A stretch of 63,752 nucleotides of DNA, counting the filler, from Octopus bimaculoides (lineage: Eukaryota), in assembly GCF_001194135.2 (NCBI RefSeq). It is 8 parts of 7 records of this genome, joined end to end, with 100 filler letters (N's around TTAATTAATTAA, not from the genome) between each part and the next. Parts side by side here need not be neighbours in the genome. Positions count along the whole stretch, not along the records: positions 37,503 to 41,992 come from NC_069007.1; positions 42,093 to 45,718 come from NC_069008.1; positions 45,819 to 58,675 come from NC_068983.1; 5 more parts are not named here. One strand, 5' to 3'. Positions 39,569 to 52,570 of this stretch are shown here, in pieces. Numbering within the stretch: the first letter of the stretch is position 1; every line of letters begins with the position of its first letter. Made by a program: the position numbers and the translations under genes. The notes under the pieces are model-generated. The model saw only the letters and a program-made list of their open reading frames with translations, was not told the DNA's origin and ran no database searches.

Positions 39569-39647
39569 GAATTCCGTGAATTCACGTGATGATGATGATG
39601 ATGATGATAACGACGACGACGTGAAATCACGTGAATTCGATGAATTC
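39569..39647. repeat. Symmetric GAATTC/CACGTG inverted repeat around (GAT)/(GAC)n
   Basis: gaattcacgtgat (39578-90) / atcacgtgaattc (39626-38), plus outer GAATTC at 39569 and 39642. Confidence 0.85.
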
Positions 39648-39988
39648 TTGCGGCGAGTGTCTTATAATCCTTTCTCGTGTAGGCACAAGGCCTGACATTT
39701 TTGGAGAAGAAATTAAATCGATTACATCGACCCCAGTGCGTTGCACTGGCACCTCCAATGAAGGAGTAGTTTCAACGATAACGGCGCGAAACTACTGAGA
39801 TCTCTTGGACGATGACTGATGAGGAATTAGCTACGAATTTTCCGTGCGTTTTGTCTTTGTCATATTTTCCGTGTTTTTGTTAAATTTTCCAGGTGTTGTG
39901 TTTTTTTTTATAAAATCCTTAATATATTTATATTTTAAGGCAACACATTCCTTATGTTTTCTACACACACACACAAGGTCTGTCATAC

Positions 39989-40536
39989 CGGCCATGACGA
40001 AGGGAAATAGCCCTGAAACTCGAGTCGCCTTTATATATTTATATTTATATATTTGATCCTTTATATTGAACACTCAATATTTCATCTACATTCAATACTT
40101 TATTTCATGGTGCCATCCATTTTTATTTTATTTTATTTTATATTATATATTGTATATTATATTATATATTGTATATTCCATATTCTATACCCCACATTGG
40201 TTCTGCAGGAATATAAATAAAACATAAAAACCAGACAGTGTTGGAACTCTTTTAAACNNNNNNNNNNCGGCCATGACGAAGGGAAATAGCCCTGAAACTC
40301 GAGTCGCCTTTATATATTTATATTTATATATTTGATCCTTTATATTGAACACTCAATATTTCATCTACATTCAATACTTTATTTCATGGTGCCATCCATT
40401 TTTATTTTATTTTATTTTATATTATATATTGTATATTATATTATATATTGTATATTCCATATTCTATACCCCACATTGGTTCTGCAGGAATATAAATAAA
40501 ACATAAAAACCAGACAGTGTTGGAACTCTTTTAAAC
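39989..40536 (+). repeat. Identical ~269-bp tandem duplication across a 10-N gap (probable assembly overlap)
   Basis: 39989-40257 equals 40268-40536. Confidence 0.85.
39990..40029 (+). ncRNA. Minimal type I hammerhead-like ribozyme (second copy 40269-40308)
   Basis: ggc-c-ATGACGA-AGGG aaatag CCCT-GAAAC-TCGA-GTC-gcc; palindromic stem III loop; one core deviation. Confidence 0.55.
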
Positions 40537-40980
40537 AAAATAATATATATATATATATATGTGTGCACGTGTGTGTGTGTGTGTATGTAAAAAACAATGC
40601 GAAAGTATACATGATCCAATAGTGCTCTCAAAGCCACTCACCTGATGTCATGCATGTACAAGCTATTACTGGATTATGTTTATATAGTATTTATATAATA
40701 ATATATACAATATGAAAAATTAGCTATTAACGGTTGATGCTAATGCACAGAAACAATTGTGATTTGGATTCAACCTTGTTCATCTATCTTCTTGTATTAA
40801 ACATTTTTCTGTGTGTATTTTGCGAACACTAACGGATTTCCACATGAATATTCAGTAAAGTTGTATGATGACATATGGTTGCCGATAACCATAGAAGAGC
40901 TTTGAAATGCACGTTATAAACTTATTACCGAGATCATGTTAAATATATACATATATTTGTGTGTGCGTGTGTATGTGTGA

Positions 40981-41017
<37 letters not shown>

Positions 41018-41095
41018 CATGTATATATATATATATATGCGTATGTACGTTTATGCATGCACATATATGCATACGTATCTCTCTCACTCTCCCTC

Positions 41096-41126
<31 letters not shown>

Positions 41127-41260
41127 GTATTCATTGCATGATTTTTCTCTTCTTTTGTCCTTTATATATATATATGTATATATATATATGTATATGTATA
41201 TGTGTGAGTGTGTATGCATGAATGTATGTATGTACATATATATATGTGAGTGTGTGAGAG

Positions 41261-41312
<52 letters not shown>

Positions 41313-41399
41313 ACAATCACTGCACACTCAATACATATATACGCACACTCACACAAAAACACATTACTAAGCACGCAAACACACACACACACACATACT

Positions 41400-41440
<41 letters not shown>

Positions 41441-41570
41441 CATTTCCTGAAATGAAAATCGGACATTAGTTGTGTAACTATAAAAACGGACAGTGGTCAG
41501 TTACGTTGGCGTTAAATTATTGGTCGGTCAGTGAAATGGCCGAAACTATAGAATGGTTATTGATAGAGGT

Positions 41571-41616
41571 GGGTTAGGGATAGGGTTAGGCGATGGGTTG
41601 GGCGTTGGGTTGAGGG
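41571..41616 (+). other. G-quadruplex-capable, telomere-like G tract
   Basis: Seven GGG runs: gggttagggatagggttaggcgatgggttgggcgttgggttgaggg. Confidence 0.5.
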
Positions 41617-41793
41617 CAGAGGCGTGAAATCGTGTTTTCGGAACGATATAATTCTTGATATGGTGTCATTTATTGGGATGTATGGTTGAAAGTGGGGATG
41701 GTGGTGGTGGCGTAAGGGATGTTGGGGAAGGTGGTTGTGGTGGTGATGTTAACGGAGGGCTTGGTAGTAATGGTGGTGGTGGTTGTGTTAGTA

Positions 41794-41829
<36 letters not shown>

Positions 41830-41956
41830 GCTAATGTACTGCAGGGGGTAGCTAAAAGAGAGATCTTGTATGTATGTATGTATGTATGTAGGTATGTGCA
41901 TGTGTATTTATGTATGTATATACATGTGTATATGTATGTGCGTTTATGTGTACGTT

Positions 41957-41992
<36 letters not shown>

Positions 41993-42092
41993 NNNNNNNN
42001 NNNNNNNNNNNNNNNNNNNNNNNNNNNNNNNNNNNNTTAATTAATTAANNNNNNNNNNNNNNNNNNNNNNNNNNNNNNNNNNNNNNNNNNNN

Positions 42093-42184
<92 letters not shown>

Positions 42185-42290
42185 AATGTGAGTAGTAATT
42201 GCAGAAGTTATTTTTGTACCTATTGTTCAGCAGCCTCAATTCAACTGATTTTAACCTTGACCTACCTGTATGTTTCCCATTTGACTTCTG

Positions 42291-42386
42291 TTTCTAGTAA
42301 TTCAAGCGATCACGTATAAAGACGTTCCACGATTCGGCTGCCATTTCTAGTAATTCGAGTGACCACGTATAAAGTCCTCCCACGAT
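42291..42386 (+). repeat. Two-copy 53-bp tandem repeat
   Basis: tttctagtaattc(a/g)ag(c/t)ga(t/c)cacgtataaag...ccacgat. Confidence 0.8.
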
Positions 42387-43037
42387 ACGTTTGTTGTTGA
42401 TGTTATTATTGTTGCTTCCAGGTTATGCATTAGCAGATTCCTTGGCCATATTCATCCGCCTGAGGCAGTAGAACTAACCCAGCACATGATATCCATTGAT
42501 ACTACTGATGTTGTTAACGTCCATCCAATCCAGCTGACCACCACTAGTGATCCACATAAGTCACGTTTTACCTGTTAATAAAGAATCCATATAAATATTG
42601 TATCCAGCATCGGTCTATTGAGTTGTGATTCTCTTTCTCTTTTTCTGAGAGATGTTGTTGTTGTTCCAGTTCACGTCTGACTAGATATATATATATGCTT
42701 ATGTGTGTGTATACGTGCGTGTGTGCGTGTGTGTCTATGTGTGTATATACATATTGGCGTAAAAGTCGAAACATTAGAACGAGTTCTCAACATCGCATTG
42801 GTGAATAAAATTTCTTTATTTGTATTAAGGTTACCAATGGTTTTATGCGAAGAAAATATTTTAATATGAACAATTTTTCAAAGTGATCAAATGAAGGAAT
42901 AGCGTTCTTCTCCATTTTGTGATCTAAACTTAAAAGGAGACAAATACCATGTGATAGGCTTGAAAATTGTTAAGATATTACGATATTTTCAAAACATGAA
43001 ACAAATAGTAGCCTTAATACACAAATAATATATATAT

Positions 43038-43072
<35 letters not shown>

Positions 43073-44011
43073 NNNNNNNNNNNNNNNNNNNNNNNNNNNN
43101 NNNNNNNNNNNNNNNNNNNNNNNNNNNNNNNNNNNNNNNNNNNNNNNNNNNNNNNNNNNNNNNNNNNNNNNNNNNNNNNNNNNNNNNNNNNNNNNNNNNN
43201 NNNNNNNNNNNNNNNNNNNNNNNNNNNNNNNNNNNNNNNNNNNNNNNNNNNNNNNNNNNNNNNNNNNNNNNNNNNNNNNNNNNNNNNNNNNNNNNNNNNN
43301 NNNNNNNNNNNNNNNNNNNNNNNNNNNNNNNNNNNNNNNNNNNNNNNNNNNNNNNNNNNNNNNNNNNNNNNNNNNNNNNNNNNNNNNNNNNNNNNNNNNN
43401 NNNNNNNNNNNNNNNNNNNNNNNNNNNNNNNNNNNNNNNNNNNNNNNNNNNNNNNNNNNNNNNNNNNNNNNNNNNNNNNNNNNNNNNNNNNNNNNNNNNN
43501 NNNNNNNNNNNNNNNNNNNNNNNNNNNNNNNNNNNNNNNNNNNNNNNNNNNNNNNNNNNNNNNNNNNNNNNNNNNNNNNNNNNNNNNNNNNNNNNNNNNN
43601 NNNNNNNNNNNNNNNNNNNNNNNNNNNNNNNNNNNNNNNNNNNNNNNNNNNNNNNNNNNNNNNNNNNNNNNNNNNNNNNNNNNNNNNNNNNNNNNNNNNN
43701 NNNNNNNNNNNNNNNNNNNNNNNNNNNNNNNNNNNNNNNNNNNNNNNNNNNNNNNNNNNNNNNNNNNNNNNNNNNNNNNNNNNNNNNNNNNNNNNNNNNN
43801 NNNNNNNNNNNNNNNNNNNNNNNNNNNNNNNNNNNNNNNNNNNNNNNNNNNNNNNNNNNNNNNNNNNNNNNNNNNNNNNNNNNNNNNNNNNNNNNNNNNN
43901 NNNNNNNNNNNNNNNNNNNNNNNNNNNNNNNNNNNNNNNNNNNNNNNNNNNNNNNNNNNNNNNNNNNNNNNNNNNNNNNNNNNNNNNNNNNNNNNNNNNN
44001 NNNNNNNNNNN

Positions 44012-44057
<46 letters not shown>

Positions 44058-44149
44058 CTTTGTAATTTAGAACCAGCAAAAGGATAATTATATGTGAAGA
44101 GGAAGGCAAATGGAAGTAAGTGGAGGGAGGAAGTAAGCAGCTCGTTGGG

Positions 44150-44320
44150 CATATATATATGTACGACGGGATTCTTTAAGTTTCCCTCTACCAAATCCAC
44201 TCACAAATCTTTGGTTAGTGAGTGGTAAGAGTAGAAGTCACTTTCTGGAGTTGTTACGCAGTGGGACCGACACCAGAACCATGTTGTTGTGAAATAAGCC
44301 TCTTACCACACAACCACACA
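44150..44320 (-). mobile_element. SINE family A 5' half, diverged
   Basis: Similar to 39140-39310. Confidence 0.7.
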
Positions 44321-44829
44321 GAACTAAGTACACAGATGCCAAAGAAGGTTGGAAAATAATACTCAAATACCAATGGTAGAGTAATATATTATTTTATAAA
44401 AGCTTCATAAAAATGTTACTCGGAATTTCTCCTAACCGTTCATCAGACAACTGTGAGAATACGGAATAATTATGTTATGTGAGTATATATAATATAATAT
44501 AGTCTTTCCTGTATACGGTCCAATTAATGAGCATTTCAATCTGATTGAGTAATTAATTTAAGACAAAATGGTGTATAACTGGCTGCCAGCAGAGAAATCA
44601 ATGTAAACAACAGTGAAATGGGGAAAAAAGATCCTAAAAAAGTGAGTAAAGAAATGAACAGAATAAAATAGATTGTCCAGAAATGAGAATTCCAAAAGAA
44701 AAATAATACAAAAAGTTGGGGTCTAATACTGAAATAAAAATTAAAGATTAAAATCTGTTGTTGAGAAAGAAATATGTAAACAAACAAATAACTAAATCAA
44801 TGATAAAAGAAAAGTAAAGGTAAGGAGTA

Positions 44830-45035
44830 ATAGTTAAAATGGTTTCGAATTTTGGCACAAGGCAAGCAATTTCGTAGGAAGTATAAGACGATTACATCGA
44901 ACCGTATACTTAACTGGTACTTATTTTATCGATCTCGATGGACGAAAGGCAAAGTCGACTTCCGTGGCATTTGAATTCAGAACGTTAATTCGGAAAAAAT
45001 GCCAGGAAGCAATTTTTATCGAGCGATAACCTCTA
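44830..45035 (-). mobile_element. SINE family B
   Basis: Similar to 62305-62510. Confidence 0.65.
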
Positions 45036-45055
45036 CCAACTCCACCACCCAGATG

Positions 45056-45160
<105 letters not shown>

Positions 45161-47114
45161 GAGTGAATGAGTGAGCTCGAGACGTTAAACGCCACACCAG
45201 ACACCATAATCGTAAATCTAACAAGGTCATGTGCTCGCGCACATGCATACACACATTCACACGCACACATACGCACGCACAAACGTAATCTTACGTTTGT
45301 TGTGGGTAGAGGCAGTGATTATGCTATTCGTGGGCAACGATAGACGTTGTCAGGTCTGTCCACTACGACCGTCCAGTAATGTCCTCCCCTCGGATGACCG
45401 TCCACTTATGAATATAATGCCACAAAATATGAAGGATGCCCACAAATCCCGCTTTCAGAAAAACCACAGATGTCAGCACTGTCTCTAGATGTCAAGTCAG
45501 AACCCCTACGAATGCCGATATTGTTCACTGCTTTCAAATGTTACAGAGGCCGACTTATCCTTTTATCCTTTGAGGCTCAATAAAACAAGTATTAGGTGAG
45601 CAGTGGGGTTCATATAATCGACTGGCCCCTTCCTATAAAATTTCAGACCTTGTGTTTATAGTAGAAGGAATATTATCTACTGCTTCCAGAATTACCACAG
45701 GGGTCGTCACTGTCTCCANNNNNNNNNNNNNNNNNNNNNNNNNNNNNNNNNNNNNNNNNNNNTTAATTAATTAANNNNNNNNNNNNNNNNNNNNNNNNNN
45801 NNNNNNNNNNNNNNNNNNTTTTTCAAAAGGTTTCTAAAAGCTTTTTAAATTTTGTTTGATATTACAAAGGATATTTGTACACATTGATTTAAATTATATA
45901 TATATATATATATATATAAATATATGTGTGTGTGTGTGTGTGTTCCGCCGAGTAGTATATCTATGGTTATGGCATATATTTAGTCAAAATGTTACCGTCG
46001 GTTTCACGCCGACGATTGTATTTGGTACTTGACAATATTGATGATTTCATAACCAATAATGTACTGCACAATGATATAAAACTATAACTGCACTATTTCT
46101 CACATCAAGTGTACAGAGACGACTACCAATGTCCTATGTGGCAGGCTTGATAATTGTTGAGAGGATTCTCTCAGCACGAAACCAATGGTAGCCTTGTTAA
46201 CTTACGAATAAGGTGTACGTGTTTGTGAGGAAACGTCTAACATTTTCTTTGTTTTATATCATTCGAACAGTTTTTTTTTTATATTCCAACTTAATGTTCC
46301 AAGTGATGGCTGAAACCACAGAATTACTTATTTGTGAGCGCACACTTCAACCCCCCGACATTTATATTTGATTATTTAATGAAGGAAACATTTTCTTTAA
46401 ATCATTGCTGGCTATCTACACAGGATATTATCTTTTTGATAACTTTACAGGATGTTATCTATAAATGAAAATACTGTTTCCAAATTTCATACTAATGTTA
46501 TTCTCTGCTCAGATAAACATCTTATTTCCGCTGTCAATCCATATAACATTTGCTACATAAATAACGTGAATGTCTTGATAGACAAATAACTTTTATAATA
46601 AATAATAATAATAAAAATACAAATAATGCTTCCTTAGGGTTGCTAAGTTAATCACTTGTCGATTGTCCAGAAAAAAAAGAACCCCACCTGGTTTCATACA
46701 AAATAACAACAAAGGTTTCACTGTATCTTAAAATGTTGTTTGCTAGTCCTTGCTCTCCTATAATAAAATCGTTTGTATTTAGTGACATTTCACGAATAAA
46801 TGTTTTTTTTTTTTTTTTTTTTTNNNNNNNNNNNNNNNNNNNNNNNNNNNNNNNNNNNNNNNNNNNNNNNNNNNNNNNNNNNNNNNNNNNNNNNNNNNNN
46901 NNNNNNNNNNNNNNNNNNNNNNNNNNNNNNNNNNNNNNNNNNNNNNNNNNNNNNNNNNNNNNNNNNNNNNNNNNNNNNNNNNNNNNNNNNNNNNNNNNNN
47001 NNNNNNNNNNNNNNNNNNNNNNNNNNNNNNNNNNNNNNNNNNNNNNNNNNNNNAATGAAAGATGATTTAAAACCATACATACATACATACACGTAGATTA
47101 ATAAAAATCTTTTC

Positions 47115-47310
47115 AAATGATTTTTTGATACAAGGCCAGCAATTTTAAGGTAAAGGGTAAGTCGATTATATTGACGCTAGAGCTCGACTGGTATTTATTT
47201 CTTTATTGATCCGAATTTGCAGAATTTGAACGTGGAACGCAAAGCCTGAAAAAAAAAGTCTCTAAGCGCTTTCAGGCGTGCTAACGAGTCTGCCAGCTCG
47301 CCACCATCTT
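47115..47310 (-). mobile_element. SINE family B
   Basis: ...gctaacgagtctgccagctcgccacc head, read on the minus strand. Confidence 0.7.
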
Positions 47311-47439
47311 TTACCGTTTACACACGTACACACTCGCGCGCGCACGCACCCACACACACACATTCTCTTTTACGCGTTTCAGCCCCAAAACAGTGGTCAT
47401 TCTCTCGTAATTGGTTTTTGGTAGATGTGGGAATTTGAT

Positions 47440-47720
47440 ATTTCTGCCCTCCTTTGAGTTTCTTGTCATGGTGTAGGTTCATCTGGGATCTTGGACAGCA
47501 GAAAGTCAAGTTGCTTCATGAAAACATCTACCCCTGTTCCATGTAGATCTCTCAAGGTTTTTTGGCAAGATATTAAAAATAACCGGGGGCTTTTGAATCC
47601 TACGCTATTGCAGTACATGGTCCTCACTCTAGATGGGATGGGTGGGACCTTTGGAACGGTTCGTTGACTTCTGTCTGGGGGCTGGTAGAAGTCTCCAGCT
47701 TCTCTACGATCTTCCACATG
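47440..47720 (-). mobile_element. CR1-group LINE 3' fragment
   Basis: FKSPRLF..DLHGTGVDVFMKQLDFLLSKIPDEPTP; homologous to 18990-19210. Confidence 0.8.
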
Positions 47721-48040
47721 TATATCACTGCATATCCACCCCCCATTTTACTCCAGGGAGTAGAGTCGCAATCTCAGTAACCCAGCTGTTCCATTGATGC
47801 ACTGTTCCCTAGGTGTTGCACTACTGAACTGCCTCAAGTTCCGTTATTAATTTAACACCGTGTGGTTACCACAGCTTTAGAGCAGTGGTCCACACGGCTG
47901 AGGAGAAATGTCCTCCAGAGGAATATATATATATATTCTCGTGTTTTGTGTTGCATTTTCCTTATTGTATCCTAAAATCTCTCTGTTTGTGTGTATTTCG
48001 TTTACTGGAATTCCGCTATTAATTTAAAACCGTTAAATTT

Positions 48041-48122
48041 ATTTTGATTTGAAGATCAGCCACGGCGAATCCAAGGCTTTTAAGCTTTGGTTTCGCCGTG
48101 GCTCTGATCTTGAAATCAAAAT
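48041..48122. repeat. 82-nt near-perfect hairpin
   Basis: attttgatttgaagatcagccacggcgaatccaaggctt / aagctttggtttcgccgtggctctgatcttgaaatcaaaat. Confidence 0.9.
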
Positions 48123-48749
48123 TAAATCGAAGAATTAACTAATTAGTTCTTCGTTAATTCTTTCCGGATTCTTATGAAAAACTCATATCAATTCATTGTT
48201 TTGTTTGTTTGTTTTGTAACAAAAAGCCCCCTACATTCTCTCTCTTTCACACACACAGGTATAAACTCTTCCGTCAAAACTGACTTGTAAAACATTATTT
48301 TTCTTTTATTTTAGTTATTTATCCGTTTAGTTATTTACTTCCGTAATTTGGAATTTCAGCAACTTTTGTTCTGCTTTTCTACTTTACAGAAGAACTGTTT
48401 TGTTCCAATTCTTGCTTATATTGTCACAGCTGCAAAGAATCTCTTCCATCTCCCTCTACAAGAAAAAAAAAAAATTAAAAAAAAAGAAAAAGCCCTAATA
48501 TCAGAGCTGTTCAATTAATTTCCCATTGGACGTGAAATTTATAAGAACTCCAATGAAAGAAAACATTAAATTCTTCTCCGTTTCTTCTACTACCTCCTCC
48601 TCAGTGACTCCTATCAAAACGAAAAAAGAAAGAAGTGATATTTCATTCAATCTTCCTCACCCTGTCTCGTCTATTTATCACTTGGTTTTTGTTTTGTATT
48701 CATATTTATGTATGTGTTTTTGTTATTGGGTCAAGTATTGAACTTCTCG

Positions 48750-48768
48750 CCGGAAGTGACTGCCCAAT
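48750..48768. promoter_or_regulatory. ETS/GABP-type CCGGAAGTG plus CCAAT in CpG-retaining unique sequence
   Basis: Motifs visible; promoter role inferred. Confidence 0.3.
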
Positions 48769-49083
48769 ATGAATTCAAACTTGCCAACTGTCGTCGTCGG
48801 TAGCGCCAGGCTAGGAGGGGAATAATGAACAACATGTGTCCGTCTTGTCTACTTGATAGGAAAAGGGAACAAAATAGCTCCACTGTGTTTACGCATTTTA
48901 ACATTGTAATCGCTGGCTCTCCTTTAAAGCGAAAATAAAGCTTCTTTCATACAATGACAACCATGTGAAAAAATACCAGAGAATACCAAGTACATATTTG
49001 AGATAACAATCGGCAGTTAGAAGCTCAAGCTCTCTCTCTCTCTCTCACACACATACGTCAGACAAAAATATGTAGTAAAGAGA

Positions 49084-49124
<41 letters not shown>

Positions 49125-49639
49125 GTAACGACCTAGTGAAGAAGGTACTTGAGTTTTAGGTTCACGTGACCTGAGTTTCTATTCATTGAGAAAAGTTCNN
49201 NNNNNNNNNNNNNNNNNNNNNNNNNNNNNNNNNNNNNNNNNNNNNNNNNNNNNNNNNNNNNNNNNNNNNNNNNNNNNNNNNNNNNNNNNNNNNNNNNNNN
49301 NNNNNNNNNNNNNNNNNNNNNNNNNNNNNNNNNNNNNNNNNNNNNNNNNNNNNNNNNNNNNNNNNNNNNNNNNNNNNNNNNNNNNNNNNNNNNNNNNNNN
49401 NNNNNNNNNNNNNNNNNNNNNNNNNNNNNNNNNNNNNNNNNNNNNNNNNNNNNNNNNNNNNNNNNNNNNNNNNNNNNNNNNNNNNNNNNNNNNNNNNNNN
49501 NNNNNNNNNNNNNNNNNNNNNNNNNNNNNNNNNNNNNNNNNNNNNNNNNNNNNNNNNNNNNNNNNNNNNNNNNNNNNNNNNNNNNNNNNNNNNNNNNNNN
49601 NNNNNNNNNNNNNNNNNNNNNNNNNNNNNNNNNNNNNNN

Positions 49640-49960
49640 NNNNNNNNNNNNNNNAGTGGAACAAATCGACTCCAGTATTCATTACTGGTACTTTCTCTAT
49701 CGGTTCCTTTCGCCGAACCGCTAGCTAACACGAACGTAAACATACCAACACTAGTTGTCAATCAGTGATTGAGGTGGGGGGCATTCATGCGCACGCGTGA
49801 CATGCTTTCATTTTCCCCTCTATCAAATCCACTCACAAGGTTTGGCCAGCCGGCTGCCCCAGGGCTGTAGTAGAAGACACCTTTCAAAGGTGCTGTGCTG
49901 TGGGACTGCACCGAAGACCACATAGTTGAAAAGCATATGTTTCTTAGGTACACAACCACA
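49640..49960 (-). mobile_element. SINE family A, diverged
   Basis: Both halves recognisable on the minus strand. Confidence 0.6.
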
Positions 49961-50119
49961 CCTATGGATTTTTTTAATTATTTATTAAATTTTTTGTGGT
50001 TGTAGATTAGGATCATGTTATTGAAATTTAGGGAACAAACATTTGTGTGTGTATGTATAGGGTGTGTCTCTGGTCGTTCATTCCCCTCCCCCCAAATTTG
50101 TTACTTCACTTTTTTCAGG

Positions 50120-50266
50120 CTGTGTTAAGAAGCTTGCTTCATAACCACATGGTTCCAGGTTCAGTCCCACTGCATGGTATCTTGGGCAAATGTCTTCTAC
50201 TAAAGCCTTGGGCCAACCAAATCCTTGTGATTAGATTTGGTAGATGGAAACTGAAAGAAGCCCATC

Positions 50267-50315
<49 letters not shown>

Positions 50316-50712
50316 TTGGATTTATGATCCTTTAATGAGGTTTATTACCNNNNNNNNNNNNNNNNNNNNNNNNNNNNNNNNNNNNNNNNNNNNNNNNNNN
50401 NNNNNNNNNNNNNNNNNNNNNNNNNNNNNNNNNNNNNNNNNNNNNNNNNNNNNNNNNNNNNNNNNNNNNNNNNNNNNNNNNATATATATATATATATGTA
50501 TGCTTGTGTGTCTGTGTCTGACCCCCCCCCCCAACATCGCTTGACAACCGATGCCGGTGTGTTTACGTCCTTGTAACTTAGCAGTTCGGCAAAAGAGATT
50601 GATAGGATAACTACTAGGCTTACAAAGAATAAGTCCTGGGGTCGATTTGCTTGACTTAAGGTGGTGCTCCAGCATGGCCACAGTCAAATGGCTGAAACAA
50701 ATAAAAGAATAA
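50120..50712 (+). mobile_element. SINE family A with a gap inside its microsatellite
   Basis: 5' half 50120-50270, 3' half 50482-50712. Confidence 0.75.
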
Positions 50713-52309
50713 GGTAAGGCAATTTTTATCCACTCTTTTGAAAGATGTATCTCTGCAAAATTTCATCTTTTAGAGATTTGTGAAGAAACGAAATCAGAGG
50801 GGCACCAGCCTGTTGTTAATGTTCTCTCTCCCCTCAGTCTACAATCCACATAATTGAATGTGTCTGTTTTTGAAAGAAGGTATAGTGCTGTGGGAGGGGG
50901 ATCTGACTTGTATTTTTAGCAGGTTAAATGACCACATTGAGACTCCCTCAATGGATTGTGACTGCCAACTGGGTAATTCATTAAACGATAATAATAATAA
51001 TGATGATTTATATGATATTTTAAAGTAGTGGGGTAGATGTTTTGAAATAGCTAGTGATGGGGGTGGAGACTACATAAGTTGATGACGGTGGTAAGACATG
51101 TTTAATTTTGAATTGATTTCAGATGAAGAGAAAACAACTCAAGAAATGCAATTCTGTAGGGATGGGGTTGGGAGATGTGTTTTGATGTAGGGGCCTGGAA
51201 GATAAGAAAACATGCAATGCTAGGAGGTTGTTAACATCAGCAGTGTATATTTAGAAAGTGTTACTAATACACTATCTTTATCTTACATTTTTCAGTACTA
51301 TTTTTAAGCTTTGTATATTGTCATGTTAAGCACATGGCATTTTAGTTTGTAAAATTATGTTCAGCTTTGCTTTATTAGAATATTCAACATAGTTTCCCCA
51401 CTCTGATCTGGCACTAATTGGCATAAAAGTTATTAAGTTATGTACCATAGATTCCATTGCAAAAGAAACAAAGGGTTATCACAAAGTGTTGGCTTGCCTC
51501 TCAGATGGAACATATTTTCTTGTTTCTGTCTGTGTTTGATAAGGGAGGTGATGACGGTGGTTCCATTGCATATGTGTGAGGAATATTTGTGCTTTGTTAT
51601 GGGTTAGCAAATATACAGTGCAGAAAACATTCTTTTAATGATGAAGAGGAAGCAGATTTTTTGTGTGTGTGTGTGGTGCTATTTTACCTGTGTGGAATAA
51701 TATTTCACACAGGTATCTATGAGAGACGTTGCTTGGAAGTTGCTTGGCCTAGTTTGTGTTACAACTGTGTAAATAATTAAGCATTTTTCATCTCATTAAC
51801 CACAAAACAACAACTTTGTGGCTGTTGAATATAGTATGCCTTTACCTGAGTTTGTTCATCCTTGCAATTCCAGAAACTCCTAATAGGGATGTTGTCTGGT
51901 AATAGGCTGATTTTCAGGTCAGCCGTGTTCTAGAACTTGTAATAATTCAGTTAATTATCTTCTGTAGTCTCAGCCTTCTGTTCACCAATTTTGACCTTAC
52001 TCGTCTGAAGTATTGCTAACAAATCAGTTTAATAATTCATATTATCTACCTCACAAGTGATAGAGATGGGTGTGTTTGCTACACAACTAAGAGTATCAGC
52101 AGCAATTTTCAGTTCTTATTTTTTTCATATTTTGTAGTGCAATTATAATTCTACAAGAAGCTCTATTCTTGGGTTCAACTTAAACAGCTGAAACTCTTAT
52201 TCTCTGCAACACCGCCATGAGCGATACATTATTTGCACAATGTGGAAAATATTCCACCAATATTATCTAAATGATATTGGTATTATATTTACAATTCACC
52301 TAAGACTAG

Positions 52310-52570
52310 GCCCCCGTGCAATGCATCCCCTACAAAAGTTGAGATCACATTACATAAGAACATTGTGACACAATTTCTTCACTGCAAATGGTCCTGCTCT
52401 TTTCAATGTTATCCCAAAAGAAATTAAAGTAGAAAAAGACCCCACAACTTTCAAATGGTTCCTCCAGGCAATACTGGATAAACCACCTACACCTGGACAC
52501 ATCACAGCCCACAGCAACTCTGCTTGAGTGGTCCATGGTGTCCTGAAATAATGAATTAAAAGACTTATCC
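52310..52570 (+). mobile_element. CR1-group LINE 3' fragment
   Basis: HNFFTANGPALFNVIPKEIK..DPTTFKWF..DKPPTPG. Confidence 0.65.

Noticed and set aside
39989-40536. Tandem hammerhead dimer as a real PLE/retrozyme tandem
   Set aside because: The two copies are identical and separated by a 10-N gap, typical of an unmerged contig overlap; needs long reads.
45231-45560. Three CxxC motifs (RCQVC, RCQHC, ECRYC) suggesting zinc fingers
   Set aside because: No His pairs or finger spacing, an in-frame stop, and the end overlaps a SINE.
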